From contig OX597825.1 in the NCBI GenBank assembly GCA_951406725.2, positions 14,880,001 through 14,944,000 of the forward strand: 64,000 nucleotides of DNA. Reading direction: 5' to 3'. The position numbers were made by a program, and so were the translations under genes. Positions 11,060 through 22,738 of the stretch are shown one piece after another; the first letter of the stretch is position 1; every line of letters begins with the position of its first letter. The DNA comes from Octopus vulgaris (lineage: Eukaryota). The notes beneath the pieces are model-generated. The model saw nothing but the letters and a program-made list of their open reading frames with translations. It had not been told where the DNA came from and ran no database searches.

Positions 11060-14014
11060 ATGTAGGAGGGCTGCTGCGCGGAAACTGTAAAAAGAAAATT
11101 TCATTCCTGAGAGACCTTGTGACATGCAATCAAGCTATATGCATGGCACTCACAGAAACGCATCTTGAACCCGATATAGGTGATGCAGAAATACACATGC
11201 CGCAATATGCAGTCATACGCACAGATAGAAAAGGGAGGAGCCATGGTGGAGTTGCAATGTACATCCGAGATGACCTCACGCCCCAGGTCCTGCTGTCATA
11301 TTCAAACTCAGTATGTGAAACTCAAATTGTACACATAAGACAACTGAATATCGTCATATGCACTACATATCGCCCACCAGACGCCCCAAAACACTCAGGC
11401 ATGTTTGAAGACTGCCTAACAAAAATAGGAGAAGTCCTCACCAACCTTGAACAGCACAACAGTGTATTCTTCATGGGTGACTTTAACCTCCCCAATGTGG
11501 AATGGCCTGGGGGCAGATGCTCCCAGGGATGACACACCATCAGCAGGCACAGGTGGAGTCCCTGCTCCATCTCACAAATACCTCTTTCATGGAGCAAATA
11601 GTTCTGCAACCAACAAGGGCAGATAATATACTGGATCTCTGCTTTACAAACAATATGGATATTATCCATAATGTTAATGTGATGCCGACAATGATCTCGG
11701 ATCACAACATAATAGAGCTGTCTACGTATGGAACAAAAGCCCCCGCAGACACACAGCCTATACGAAGCACCCACCATCTCTCCAACTTAAACTTTCATAA
11801 AGCCAACTGGAAGTCGATTGAGAAAGAGATCCTCAAACAGGATTGGCCTGAATGTCTCTCCACACCGGACATAAACATGAAACACAAACACTTCATGTCC
11901 ATAATACAAGCCATATGTGACAAATATATCCCAATGTGCAGGGCCAGCACACACAAGAATAAAAACAGGATCCCTAGAGAAAGGAGGATTCTTATGAGAC
12001 GACGGACAAGGATTGCAAACCGCCTGAGCAAGCACACCAAAAGTGGTGAGAAGTCTCGGCTCGAAAGAATGCTAATGGAAACTGAGAAAAGTCTACATCA
12101 GTCCCATGAAAAGGAGAGAGCAGATAAAGAAGCTTGGGTAATAGAAAATATAAAATCAAACCCTAAAGCTTTCTTTAAGTTTGCCAAAGAGACAGCCACA
12201 GTGCACCAGAGAATAGGACCTCTCTTCCAAAAAGATGGCTCTCTCACAGGAAATCCCACGAGGATAAGTGAAATACTGAACGAACAGTTCCAAAGTGTAT
12301 TCACTACACCTCTAGGACACAGGCAAGTAAACAACCCAGAAGAATTCTTTGCCACTTTACCAGCGGCCAAAGAGACAAAAATTGAGTACATCAACATCGA
12401 AGAAGATGATATCACACTAGCCATTGATGAGATTGACACAAACTCAGCTGCTGGACCTGATGGATTCCCAGCGATCCTTCTCAAATCGTGCAAACGAGCC
12501 CTTGCAAAACCGCTACAGCTTCTTTTTCAGAGCTTTCTTGCAAGTGGTAAGCTCCCAGTCAAACTGAAAGAGGGGGTAATATGCCCTATCCATAAGGGAG
12601 GTAGCAGAGCAGATGCTAAAAATTATAGGCCTATCTCTCTGACCTCACACATCAGCAAAGTCATGGAACGAATAGTCCGTAAGAAACTAATCATGTTCCT
12701 TGAAGAAAATGACTTACTGTCTGACACCCAGCATGGATTTCGACCAGGTAGAGGCTGCCTAACACAGCTCCTGCAACACTATGACTGGGTGTTGAAACAG
12801 CTACTAAATGGCTCAAATGTGGATGTAATATATCTTGACTTTGCAAAAGCCTTTGATAAAGTCGACCATGGTATGATCTGTCACAAACTGCGTGGTCTCG
12901 GCATAGGCGGGAAACTTGGAGAGTGGCTGCACAACTTCCTAAAAGACAGAAAACAGGCAGTTGTGAGCAATGGAGCCACCTCCAGGGAAACGCAAATAAC
13001 AAGCGGTGTCCCACAGGGCACTGTCTTGGGGCCACTGATGTTCATAGTGGCCCTTTCAGACATGCCTTCAGTTGCTACGATGACCACCCTTGCTAGCTAT
13101 GCAGATGACACAAAGGTCTCCCACGCAATACAGAACCCTGAAAATATTGCGCATCTGCAACATGAGCTGGACACAATATACAGGTGGGCTGAGGACAACA
13201 ACATGCAGTTTAATGCAGGTAAGTTCCAGGCCCTGCGCTACTGGCACACAAAGGTAAATGACGTGAAGACTGGATACACTGGCCCAGGAAGAATTGCAAT
13301 CCCTGAGTCAAAATCAGTGCGTGACCTGGGCATTGACATGAGCAATGATGCATCTTTCCAAATGCATATTGCTAATCTGGTGATAAAATGCAGACGGCTA
13401 GCTGGATGGATTCTCCGAACTTTCAGAACAAGAGAGAAGGAGACACTGATGGTCCTATGGAAAACATTTGTCCTCAGCCGCTTGGACTACTGCTCCCAAC
13501 TTTGGTCACCACACAATATAAAACAAACAGCAGAACTCGAAGCAACTCAGAGAAGCTACACAAAGAAAATCGTCTCAATGCAAAATGTCAGCTACTGGGA
13601 AAGACTGAAGGTATTAAACCTCTTCTCCCTGGAGCGGAGGCGGGAGAGATATGCAGTAATATACATCTGGAAAATCCTGGAGGGTCTTGTCCCAAACTTT
13701 GGCATTCAAAGTTACTCCAACCGCAGAACGGGCGCCGCTGCGTGGTGCCAAGGATTCCAACATCACCATCAAAATACAGGTCCAGATACTGCAACAGCTT
13801 GGGTTTCAGAGGACCACAGCTTTTCAACATCCTCCCTAAATGCCTGAGAGACTTACATGGTGTGGATGTGGGTTTCTTTAAAACTAAACTGGATCTCTTC
13901 TTGTTGGGAGTCCCAGATGAACCTACCTCACGACAGGAGACACGGATGCGGGCAGCAGCATCGAACTCCCTTGTTGATCAAGTGCCACGTATCAGAGGTG
14001 GATTCACAAACTAG
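11005..14014 (+). CDS. LINE ORF2: AP endonuclease plus reverse transcriptase (frameshifts at about 11511 and 13731)
   Basis: APE motifs LNVGG, LTETHL, GGVAMY, YRPP, MGDFN, LDL, SDHN; RT motifs NYRPISLTS, QHGFR, YLDFAKAFDKV, SGVPQGTVLGP, YADD, RDLG; about 1003 aa if one G is added at each break. Confidence 0.93.
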
Positions 14015-14084
14015 TGTGGCTCATTCAGCGGTGGTGCCCCAGCATGGCCGCGGCCTTCGGGCTAAAACATTTTTAAGGATTTAA

Positions 14085-14123
<39 letters not shown>

Positions 14124-15149
14124 AATTTATATACTTTTTACTCTTTTACTTTTTTCAGTCATTCGACTGCAGCCAGACGATATAAACTGATAAGCTCGCT
14201 GTGTGGGTGAATTCTCATCTATACCATCATTGAACCATATATCAATTATTTTCCAAAGACAGACGATATATTTTAATTACCTTCAGAAAAAAAAAATATT
14301 GTCAAACTAATTCCTGCTCACCAATATATACTGAAGGTAGCACCTTCAAAACATGATATCACGCTTATACAAATAACTGGTTTCGTATCTAAGTGAAGCT
14401 ATTAACGTTGGTTGCCACTAATTATTGGGCAATAAAGCTTAGAAAAAAAATATATTTAGGAGAAAGATTTGAATAAAATTTTGGCACTTGAAATAAAAAT
14501 CTGCTTCTTGAGAAAATGATATAATGTGGATGCCAGCATGATGCAGTGACAATCAGATTCAGTGACAATCGTTGATATAAAAATTGCTTGCGTACATCTT
14601 CATTTGCTTTCTATGTTACTTAATGAAATCTTGCGCATATTACAACGTATTCGATGTGGTTTCACTTAGAGAAGAGATTGAATAGAGAGAAGAAACTTTT
14701 AGATATAAATCAGAGGATATATTTCCTACATCGTTCACTGATAGAAGCAGGGGAATTGACAGTTACGTTTTCATGTACAACTTCTTATAATGATTCTGAG
14801 AGATAACATTAGCTTGGAGTTTTAAAGATTTACTGGCTCATCGAAAATCAGAAGACGAATAAATATATGTAAGAGACAGTAGTGCCGTTTCCATGCCGAT
14901 AATGTGTCTGTGATGGTTATCTAAATGATCACAGAATGAAAACTTACATCACTTTAGTACAACCAATGATATGCTTGTTGTCGGGAACGAGGAGATTCAG
15001 CAGTATCAGAGTATCACAGTATCAGAGACGTATCAGAAATGTTACACATTAGAACAATGGAATGTGGGTGAATTACTGAAGACATTACTGAAGACACTAC
15101 TGAAGAGCAGAAATAAAGCGAGCTTAAAAGATAGGGAGAGTTTACGAAA

Positions 15150-15340
15150 AAAACAAAAGACGAAGACAGGTGGTGTACAAAACAAACAGATGTATTAGTA
15201 TAACGCTCAGAAATAGAAAAAGGTCTTTTACGTTTCGAGCCTACGCTCTTCTACAGAAAGGGACACAGAAAAACAAGGAGAGAAACAAGGAGAGAAAATA
15301 AGGAGAGAAAAAAAGGGGAGAAGATACGCGGACATGAAGT
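15150..15340 (-). mobile_element. Penelope-LTR-like short repeat with degenerate hammerhead motif
   Basis: Minus strand CTGTAGA-AGAGCGTAGGCTC-GAAACGTA; homologous copy at 36765-36875. Confidence 0.55.
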
Positions 15341-15891
15341 AACGGCAGGAAATCCACATTTATAAAGAAATATGTAGCCACTACAGTATCAGATTTGAAA
15401 CCTCGACGAATTGCGTAATGTTGTGACCAAGGCTGGGAGAGAAAGTAAAAGAAAACAATTCTGAACATGGATGGGCCATGAATATTACTTTGGAACAACT
15501 CAGTTTTGAATTTCTCCTGCCAGACACCTTGGGAAGAGATTTCTACTATAGCGCGGGCCAACTAATAATCTCTAAGACGTAGACAACTATTGTATACAAA
15601 ACTAACGTGTAGCTATATGTATGTATATATGTGTGACAGTATGTATGTATATGTGTATATATATATATATATAGGATAAAAGTTTCGAAAACATTTTATC
15701 AATGGCCAGCATATTAAGAAAAATACATTTAAAGATTAAATTTATAAACAACTTATAAACAGGGGCAAAAGAAACAAATGTCAATGCCAAATATGCCGAA
15801 AATAGACTTAATCGTCAATAACTATATAATTTATCACTATAAGCACGCGTCTCGAATGCAAGCCGATAGAAATTTCTAAAAACTTTCCTTA

Positions 15892-15953
15892 TTATCGGAT
15901 CGGTCGCAATTTCTGAGTTAATTCATTTAGAATTTTCTCGTCATCAGCGATAA
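15892..15953 (-). ncRNA. type I hammerhead ribozyme (predicted)
   Basis: Stem I TTATCG/CGATAA, core CTGATGA, stem II GAG..AATTC-TAAAT-GAATT..CTC, GAAA, stem III TTG-CGAC-CGA, AUC cleavage triplet. Confidence 0.7.
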
Positions 15954-16135
15954 ATACGATAAGAAAATAAATGAGATACTTACTTGTGCCCATGGAAGAA
16001 GTAAACACAAAGTCATGAGCACACTTAAGGTATGCTGTGGAATTTCTATTTTGGATATATTTGTGGTACTTAAGTGTACGCATGACTTAGTGTTTACTTC
16101 TTCCATAGGTACAAGTAAGTATCTCATTTAATTTC

Positions 16136-16197
16136 TTATCGCTGATGACAAGAAAATTCTAAATGAATTAACTCAGAAATTGTGACCGATCCGATAA
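16136..16197 (+). ncRNA. type I hammerhead ribozyme (predicted; stem II weakened)
   Basis: TTATCG(16136-41) CTGATGA(16142-48) stem II GAAA(16176-79) TTG-TGAC-CGA TC CGATAA(16192-97); G-to-A change in the base of stem II relative to the other arm. Confidence 0.62.
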
Positions 16198-16380
16198 TAA
16201 GGAAAGTTTTTAGAAATTTCTATCGGCTTGCATTCGAGACGCGTGCTTATAGTGATAAATTATATAGTTATTGACGATTAAGTCTATTTTCAGCATATTT
16301 GGCATTGCATTTTTTTCCTTTTTGCCTTTGTTTATAAGTTATATATATATATATATATATATATATACAACTTATAAACA

Positions 16381-16480
16381 NNNNNNNNNNNNNNNNNNNN
16401 NNNNNNNNNNNNNNNNNNNNNNNNNNNNNNNNNNNNNNNNNNNNNNNNNNNNNNNNNNNNNNNNNNNNNNNNNNNNNNNN
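16381..16480. other. assembly gap (100 N)
   Basis: Run of N. Confidence 1.
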
Positions 16481-16772
16481 ATAGAAACTCATATTCAAAC
16501 AATAATAAACTTGCTCTATCGAATGTTTTAAGAAGTTATTGTCATAACTCAGCATTTTCAGTAGAAATTCACAGACATGATTTGACTTTCATACTTAAAC
16601 TGTCCCTAAGTATAAATTTGTTTGTCAGTAAATCTCCCTTGCCGAATAAATTTTTAAGTTAAAGCAGCAAATTTCATCATTTTAAACGAACTACGCCTAT
16701 CTATTCAATTGCAAAAGTTCTCAGCTTCTACTCTAGTTCCCCTAAACAGAAAACTTCATGAATTTGAACATA

Positions 16773-16951
16773 TAGGCGCAGGAGTAGCTGTGTGGTAAGT
16801 ATATTGCTTACCAACCACATGATTCTGTGTTCATTTCCACTGCGTGGCATCTTGTTCAAGTGTCTTCTGTTAGAGCCTCGGGCCAACCAAAGCCTTGTGA
16901 GTGGATTTGGTAGACGAAAACTGAAAGAAGCCCGTCATATCTATCTATCTA

Positions 16952-17040
<89 letters not shown>

Positions 17041-17079
17041 GTACATATATATAATCATATATATATGTCTCCGTGTCTG

Positions 17080-17119
<40 letters not shown>

Positions 17120-17320
17120 CATATATGTATGTATGTATGTGTGTGTATATGTTTGTGTGTCTGTGTTCGCGTCCCCGTAACTTAGCGGATCGGCAAAAGA
17201 CCGATAAAATAAGTACTAGGCTTCCAAAGTTTAAGTCCTGGCGGCGATTTGCTTGACTAAAGGCGATGTTCTAGCATCGCCGCAGTCAACTGACTGAAAA
17301 AGTAAAAGAGTAAAAGAGTA
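16773..17320 (+). mobile_element. SINE family A with expanded TA microsatellite
   Basis: Family A head, body and GTAAAAGAGTAAAAGAGTA tail. Confidence 0.9.
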
Positions 17321-17369
17321 TCTGACAAATACTCCAATTTCACAAACTTTTCAGTAACTTTATTTCTTT

Positions 17370-17748
17370 ACTAACAGTATCGCCCGACGTTGCTCGGGTT
17401 TGTTTCGATCCTTTAGAATTGGAATTTTTGAAAAGTAAAAGTTTTGCATTATGTAGCTTGTGAACATTTTTCTGGTTGAAATACATCGAAAAATTGCGAC
17501 ACAGCAGTCAAAACATCGTACGAAAAGGGATTTTCATATAAAAAAAACACCTTTTTGATGTTAATAATTTTTGGTGTTAACATGGTCCCATTTGAATTTC
17601 TTCTTCTCCGAAAGGAAGAGCTAACATTCTTCTATCATACTCTCAATTTTGGTCAACCTGCGCTGCAGGGTCTCGGATGAGATAGTGTTAGTTGAAGGCT
17701 ACCAAACCTGCCATACACAGACAACTTCAGCTTTATATAGAGAGAGAT
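17370..17748 (-). mobile_element. non-autonomous Helitron-like element
   Basis: Left end ACTAACAGTATCG-CCCGACGTTGCTCGGG is a subterminal hairpin next to a degenerate CTAG 3' end (on minus); right end CTTTATATAGAGAGAGA is the TC-start end. Confidence 0.6.
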
Positions 17749-18299
17749 TGCATACTCCATATATGTTAATCAGACGCAGCAGATTCTCAAATACCCCATT
17801 AAATAGCACTTCTGTTCTTTAAATATTTACCGTTCACTTGTCTGTTAATGAGAAACAGAAGAATAACTGTACAGTTATAGCATGAAATTTTCTTTCGCTT
17901 AATGACTTTACAATTTTCCATTCTGTGATTTATAGAAATTCGATAAGTTAGGCTAAATCCTGCACTTACCAAACTGAGACTATCCTATTTTACAAACGGC
18001 AAATCTATCGCCAATTTGGCCAACACATTTTATCTTTAATATTTGAAATTTCAATTTATATCTAGACAAAATTTTCGAAATGTTTATCTTATCCTCACTT
18101 CAAACAACCATTTAAACTCAAGACTTTTCCATGACTTTACAAAGTTTGAACGGATTAATGACGGGTTAATCAATTTGCTACCCTGATATATTCATATATT
18201 CGAGATCAATTTTTTTTTTTGTCTTAGATATAATTTAATGTATTGCGTCTTATTAATTATAACGATCAATATCATAAACGTCACCGTTGTTATTAACCA

Positions 18300-18545
18300 T
18301 CAGCAGTATCATCATCATCATTATCATCGTCGTCGTCATTGTTATCATCAGCATCATTAGGATCGATTATTTTTTCATCGCAACCATCATCATCATCGCT
18401 GTTACTTTTATCATAATCCTCACTGTGGTCTTCACCAGCCAACACCGTTATGAACATCGTCAACCTTGCATCATCATCATTATCATCATCATCATCATCG
18501 TCCTCATCACCCCACCATCATCATCATCACCACCAACATGGTCGT
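18300..18545. repeat. degenerate (ATC/CAC)n trinucleotide tract
   Basis: Low-complexity ATC repeats. Confidence 0.9.
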
Positions 18546-18733
18546 CAATAGCCTCCTGATCTTCGTTACTTTATCGTGATTATGAAATTAAAATTCGACC
18601 ATTGAAGAGAAATTCCTAGACAAAGAGTGTGTAATTGTTTCCTGTCCACAAAAATAGAACTAACGATTAAATAACCGATAAAACTACGCGAAAACTTTAT
18701 TCAATCTCCCAAAACTATGAACTATGAACATAC

Positions 18734-18778
<45 letters not shown>

Positions 18779-19344
18779 TTTCACAGCAGCTATACATAGG
18801 GTGTTCCTGGTGGTATGAGTGAAACTTGGAGCACAGTGTATTAATAAGTTTACATAATAATAGGAGTAAATAATGTAGAGTTTACAGCTTCATGGTGTGC
18901 TGACAGTTTCACACATTTACAGACTTGTCGCTTGACAGCATCGCCTTCTTTTACGACCCCAAGTAGAGTTAATAAGTTCAGGAAGCATAATTTGAAGATG
19001 AGTGGCGACAGGTTAAATCCTTCTTTAAAAGAGTTAACAATAATAGCAATAATTCGTACCAAAATTTTGGGATCTAACCAAACAGTTATTACAGAACGTT
19101 TTGAATTTAGCAATTCAACATGGTGCCGCAGTACTTCCGAATATTCTCGCATTGTCATGGAGATAGAATGGTTGATTTTGTTGGTGTTACTGGTATTTAA
19201 TTGTACACAGTTTGGAATTTCTGATGATGTGGCAATATCCTCTAAACCAATAACTAATTTTGGTTTTCTTTGAGGATTTTTACTCGTGCCTATTGCCTTC
19301 CCAGTGTTAAGTCTTACAGCTAATAAAGCTTTATTATGACTGAA

Positions 19345-19515
19345 TATAATGTGGCTAGCTGGCAGAATTGTTATTACTCAGAAGTAAATGCTTAGCGGAA
19401 TTTTTCACCTCTTCATTTACTGAGGTCACACAACAACGATGTCGACTTCGCCGTTCACTATATCCAGATCGATAAAATATATACCAATTGAGCACTGCGG
19501 TCGATAAAATCGCTG
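19345..19515 (+). mobile_element. old, diverged SINE family B copy
   Basis: GGCTAGCTGGCAGAATTGTT..AAATGCTTAGCGG..GTCGACTTCGCCGTTCA..GATCGATAAAAT..CCAATTGAGCACTGCGGTCGAT aligns by eye to family B. Confidence 0.7.
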
Positions 19516-21326
19516 ATCTTGTGATAACATTTGTAACCATTATTCAATCACCAAGTCCAAAGTTTCAAATCACAGACGCAAACCATTTTCTAATTGTTCA
19601 AAGACTGGGAACAAATGATATTCGCATACATACAATTGGCTAATACGTGTAAATGCATCGCAACTGGTCGATACGGCTTTGATATATAAAGAGATTTTAG
19701 CGACGAGAGTTATTTAACGACTGCCCAGTGCTTGAGAGATAACATATTTACAATGCATGGAGTTTAATTCGGATTACTAACTTAGTAATTAGATTTATAC
19801 ATACTATTTAAACTATAGCAATAGACACAGTCGGCATTCAAATACTAGCAATTTTACGGTTCGTGTTACACTTCAACATGCTAGGAGTTACAAATACAAT
19901 TTCCAAGTTGAGTTACTACATTTTCTACGTATTAGTCAGGTTTGATGGCGGTGCTACGGCAACACGTTTCTCACGACATACACGGAGAGTATGATTGGAG
20001 TTCTTTGCACTTAAACTTTTCAGAGTTTGCGATAGTAGAAGCCGCGTGTGTTACTAGAGATTTTCAGAGGTCTTTTATACTCGACTGAAGATATCGGATG
20101 TCGTACGTTTAGAAGAAGCGTTGTTTCAAATATAAAATATATGATGAGAATGACAAAGATGCGTCTAGGTAGCCGAGTGGAGGTGGTACCAAACCAACCA
20201 GGTCTGGGAAGCAGTCACTATTTCAGATGTAATAGAACAGGTCATATAAGAAACATCATGTTTGTCGGATAGACACTGGCGTGTGTTAGCATGTGATTTC
20301 ATACTGGACAATCCGGTGCCCTTCTTTGGAAATTTTCTGGTTTACTTGTGTATGTTTTCGTTATGGCATCCTCGATTCCTGAATATTAATCTGTTCCAAG
20401 ACTTAATCTATACATCTATACGTGGTTATTATTTCAAGGCAGGGGCTGATTTCACTGGACTGAAGAGAAAGACCAGATTTTGAGATGAAATCTATGGTTA
20501 GAAAGAAATATATTTTGGAAAAAATTATTGCTTTTAAAATCATTTTAATGTGAAATAAGAACCAAAATATTAAAAAGTATTCAAAAACAATAATTAATGT
20601 GTATCTAATGCATTGTTTTAAAATCAATACAAATAGTGGATAATTACAATAATGAGTGTTTCGGAAAGTGGTTCTGTATTGTATGGACTTTACGTACAAC
20701 AATAGCAAATAACTATTATTGTAAGTATGTACATTAGTGTTACGCTTCAAATAAATTCTATACTTAAATAAATAAACATTCGCTGCTCAACTTTAGATTA
20801 TTGAATCTAAAGTAGCTTGGCATAAAATATTTACTATATTATCCGGTAAAACTATAACACACCGCTTGTAATATGCCCAATATCAATAAATATCAATTTA
20901 TTCTACTACATTAACTTAACATCTTCATTACCTCCAATAAACACTTTAGTCACGAACAACATTAAACATTTTCATCACTTCAATAATTTTATATTTAATA
21001 TCAAAATGTCTCATTGTTTTCTTCTTTCCTGTGTACTCTGAAATATCTAACAACAATATTGTGGTCCAAATATTGTGAAAATTGTTCAAGATACATGCGT
21101 AATGTGATTGAGTGTATTTTAAGTTGAAATACCTTTTCACTTTTTAGTAAAAGACGTTCATACTACGAGGGACCTGAACTTAAAAATGATATCATGATAA
21201 GACTTTAACCGTATTAATGATTTATATCGTTATCTGTTATCAAACAATATAAAATGCGTCTAAATCATCCCACAAAGAATAAACAAAGCTCATAATATTG
21301 TTTTTTAAAGTATTAGAAATATAAAT

Positions 21327-21374
21327 ACAGTGGTACCTCGGTTTTCGAATAAATCTGATCACGAATAAATCGTG

Positions 21375-21375
<1 letters not shown>
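21327..21375 (+). mobile_element. isolated pogo/Tigger-like terminal repeat
   Basis: TA-CAGTGGTACCTCGGTTTTCGAA terminus; no partner end found. Confidence 0.4.
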
Positions 21376-21430
<55 letters not shown>

Positions 21431-21432
<2 letters not shown>

Positions 21433-22255
21433 AAGTAGATAAATGAATAATCTTATTACGGATTATTCAAATGATAACCGACACCTGGGTAGCAAAAATC
21501 ACAACAGAAAAAGCACGGTTGAGGTTACGACCCTGGGGCCTAAAATCCGTGCCTTAGTGCGGAAATTTGAAGTTTTATATATTTAGTGTAGGAAGAAATG
21601 GAGCTGAACGAAGATTTAACAAAATTCCTTTTTATTATTTTCTACATATGTTTCAAAGGCTGCAAAGTCCCTAATTCGGATTGAATAAGGAGTCCATTTT
21701 GCAGCCTTCTCTTCAGGAAAGTCCAGGAACTTAATTCTCCAACAAAATGCACAGCAAGCTTTTCGACAAACGCTCACGAGGAGCCCATGGAATAAATGGC
21801 ACAAACTGTCTATCAATATGCGTTGACGCCAGGCTGGGTGAAAGCCGACGAGAAAGTCCGTTGAGATAATTCAAGGTCAAAATCCGGTTAACAGAAGGGG
21901 AGTACAGGAAAATCAAAGGGTGTGAATGTATTCTGTATGACTGGTGTTAATATTTGAATTGCTTTAAGAATGAGTGCTAGAGTGTTTGAGTGTGAGAAAT
22001 TGCTTTCATGTATGTGTGTGTGCATCTATGTATGTGTGGCAGTGTGTTTAGAAGGCAGCAAGGGAGAGAGATATAGCTGGTATTAATGGTCAAGCAACAG
22101 AAAAGTCTGTGTCTGTGTGTTCGTCTGTAACCAGTTGATAGAGAGAGGGTGTGTCAACAATGGTCATGGCAGGATACAGTGCTGCTGACAGGGATGTCAG
22201 CAGTTCTAGACAACTAGCAGTTCTTACACTAACAGGGGAGTGATATCCCCTTACA
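21431..22255 (-). mobile_element. Penelope-like 3'/pLTR fragment (solo LTR is an alternative)
   Basis: A minus frame reads ..DFPVLPF..TVCAIYSMGSS..KRRLQNGLLIQSELGTLQPL, resembling the Penelope GIY-YIG C-terminus (..LIF.LGTLQP.GLN); segment also has TG..CA ends. Confidence 0.45.
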
Positions 22256-22738
22256 AATTTAATTCAATTTTTCTTCCATTTTCTTAGGAAATCAAGGGGT
22301 TAACTATATTAGACTTCATTGGTATGAGAGAAAAGTATGCCGTTTCCAGTGTGGGCATCTGAAAGAATTTTGCACAATCGAGTTAACAAGGTGCTCTCGG
22401 GCGAACAGAATATGAAAGAGTTCCGAGTTGCAAAGCGCACAGGTTTTTTTGCCCTTATCAAACGGTAAAGACACCGATAAAATTGAACATTCCAGTCTAA
22501 AAGTTGAATTCGCGTTCTTCAAACGCCAGAGTAATTTACTTAGGTAGGTTAGATCTTATGTGCAGTTTCGCCAAGCAATTGCCAGAAATTTCCCCCAGGT
22601 TTCGTAGACTGCGAGAAAATCGCTATGAAAAGCCATAAAATCACTGTATGAATCATAGACTAGCACCAAACACACAGAAAATATATCGAAAGTCTTTTTT
22701 CGCTAGTTGGCTAATGGGTCATAGAACATATGCACCAA

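Larger units (their letters stand above)
10385..14088 (+). mobile_element. near-intact non-LTR retrotransposon (CR1/L2-group LINE)
   Basis: Two overlapping ORFs (ORF1; APE+RT ORF2), short 3' UTR with a stem-loop and a (TTTAAGGA)2 tail, inserted between (CA/TA) microsatellites. Confidence 0.95.
15750..16340. repeat. long inverted repeat (arms 15750-16029 and 16069-16340, 39-bp spacer)
   Basis: Arms are reverse complements with scattered substitutions and small indels; a third copy start (AACTTATAAACA) at 16369-16380 runs into the gap. Confidence 0.95.

Noticed and set aside
11322-13830. Antisense and alternative-frame ORFs within the LINE
   Set aside because: Shadow frames of ORF2; 13388-14014 is meaningful only downstream of about 13731, as the ORF2 C-terminus.
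19345-19540. Antizyme-like arrangement: short ORF ending AGC-TAG followed by a long +1 frame on minus
   Set aside because: The short ORF and stop context are the antisense of a diverged family B SINE; there is no UCC-UGA shift site and no convincing antizyme motif.
20045-20085. TATAAAAG box on minus with a possible initiator about 25 bp downstream
   Set aside because: No supported downstream gene; such motifs are frequent by chance in AT-rich DNA.
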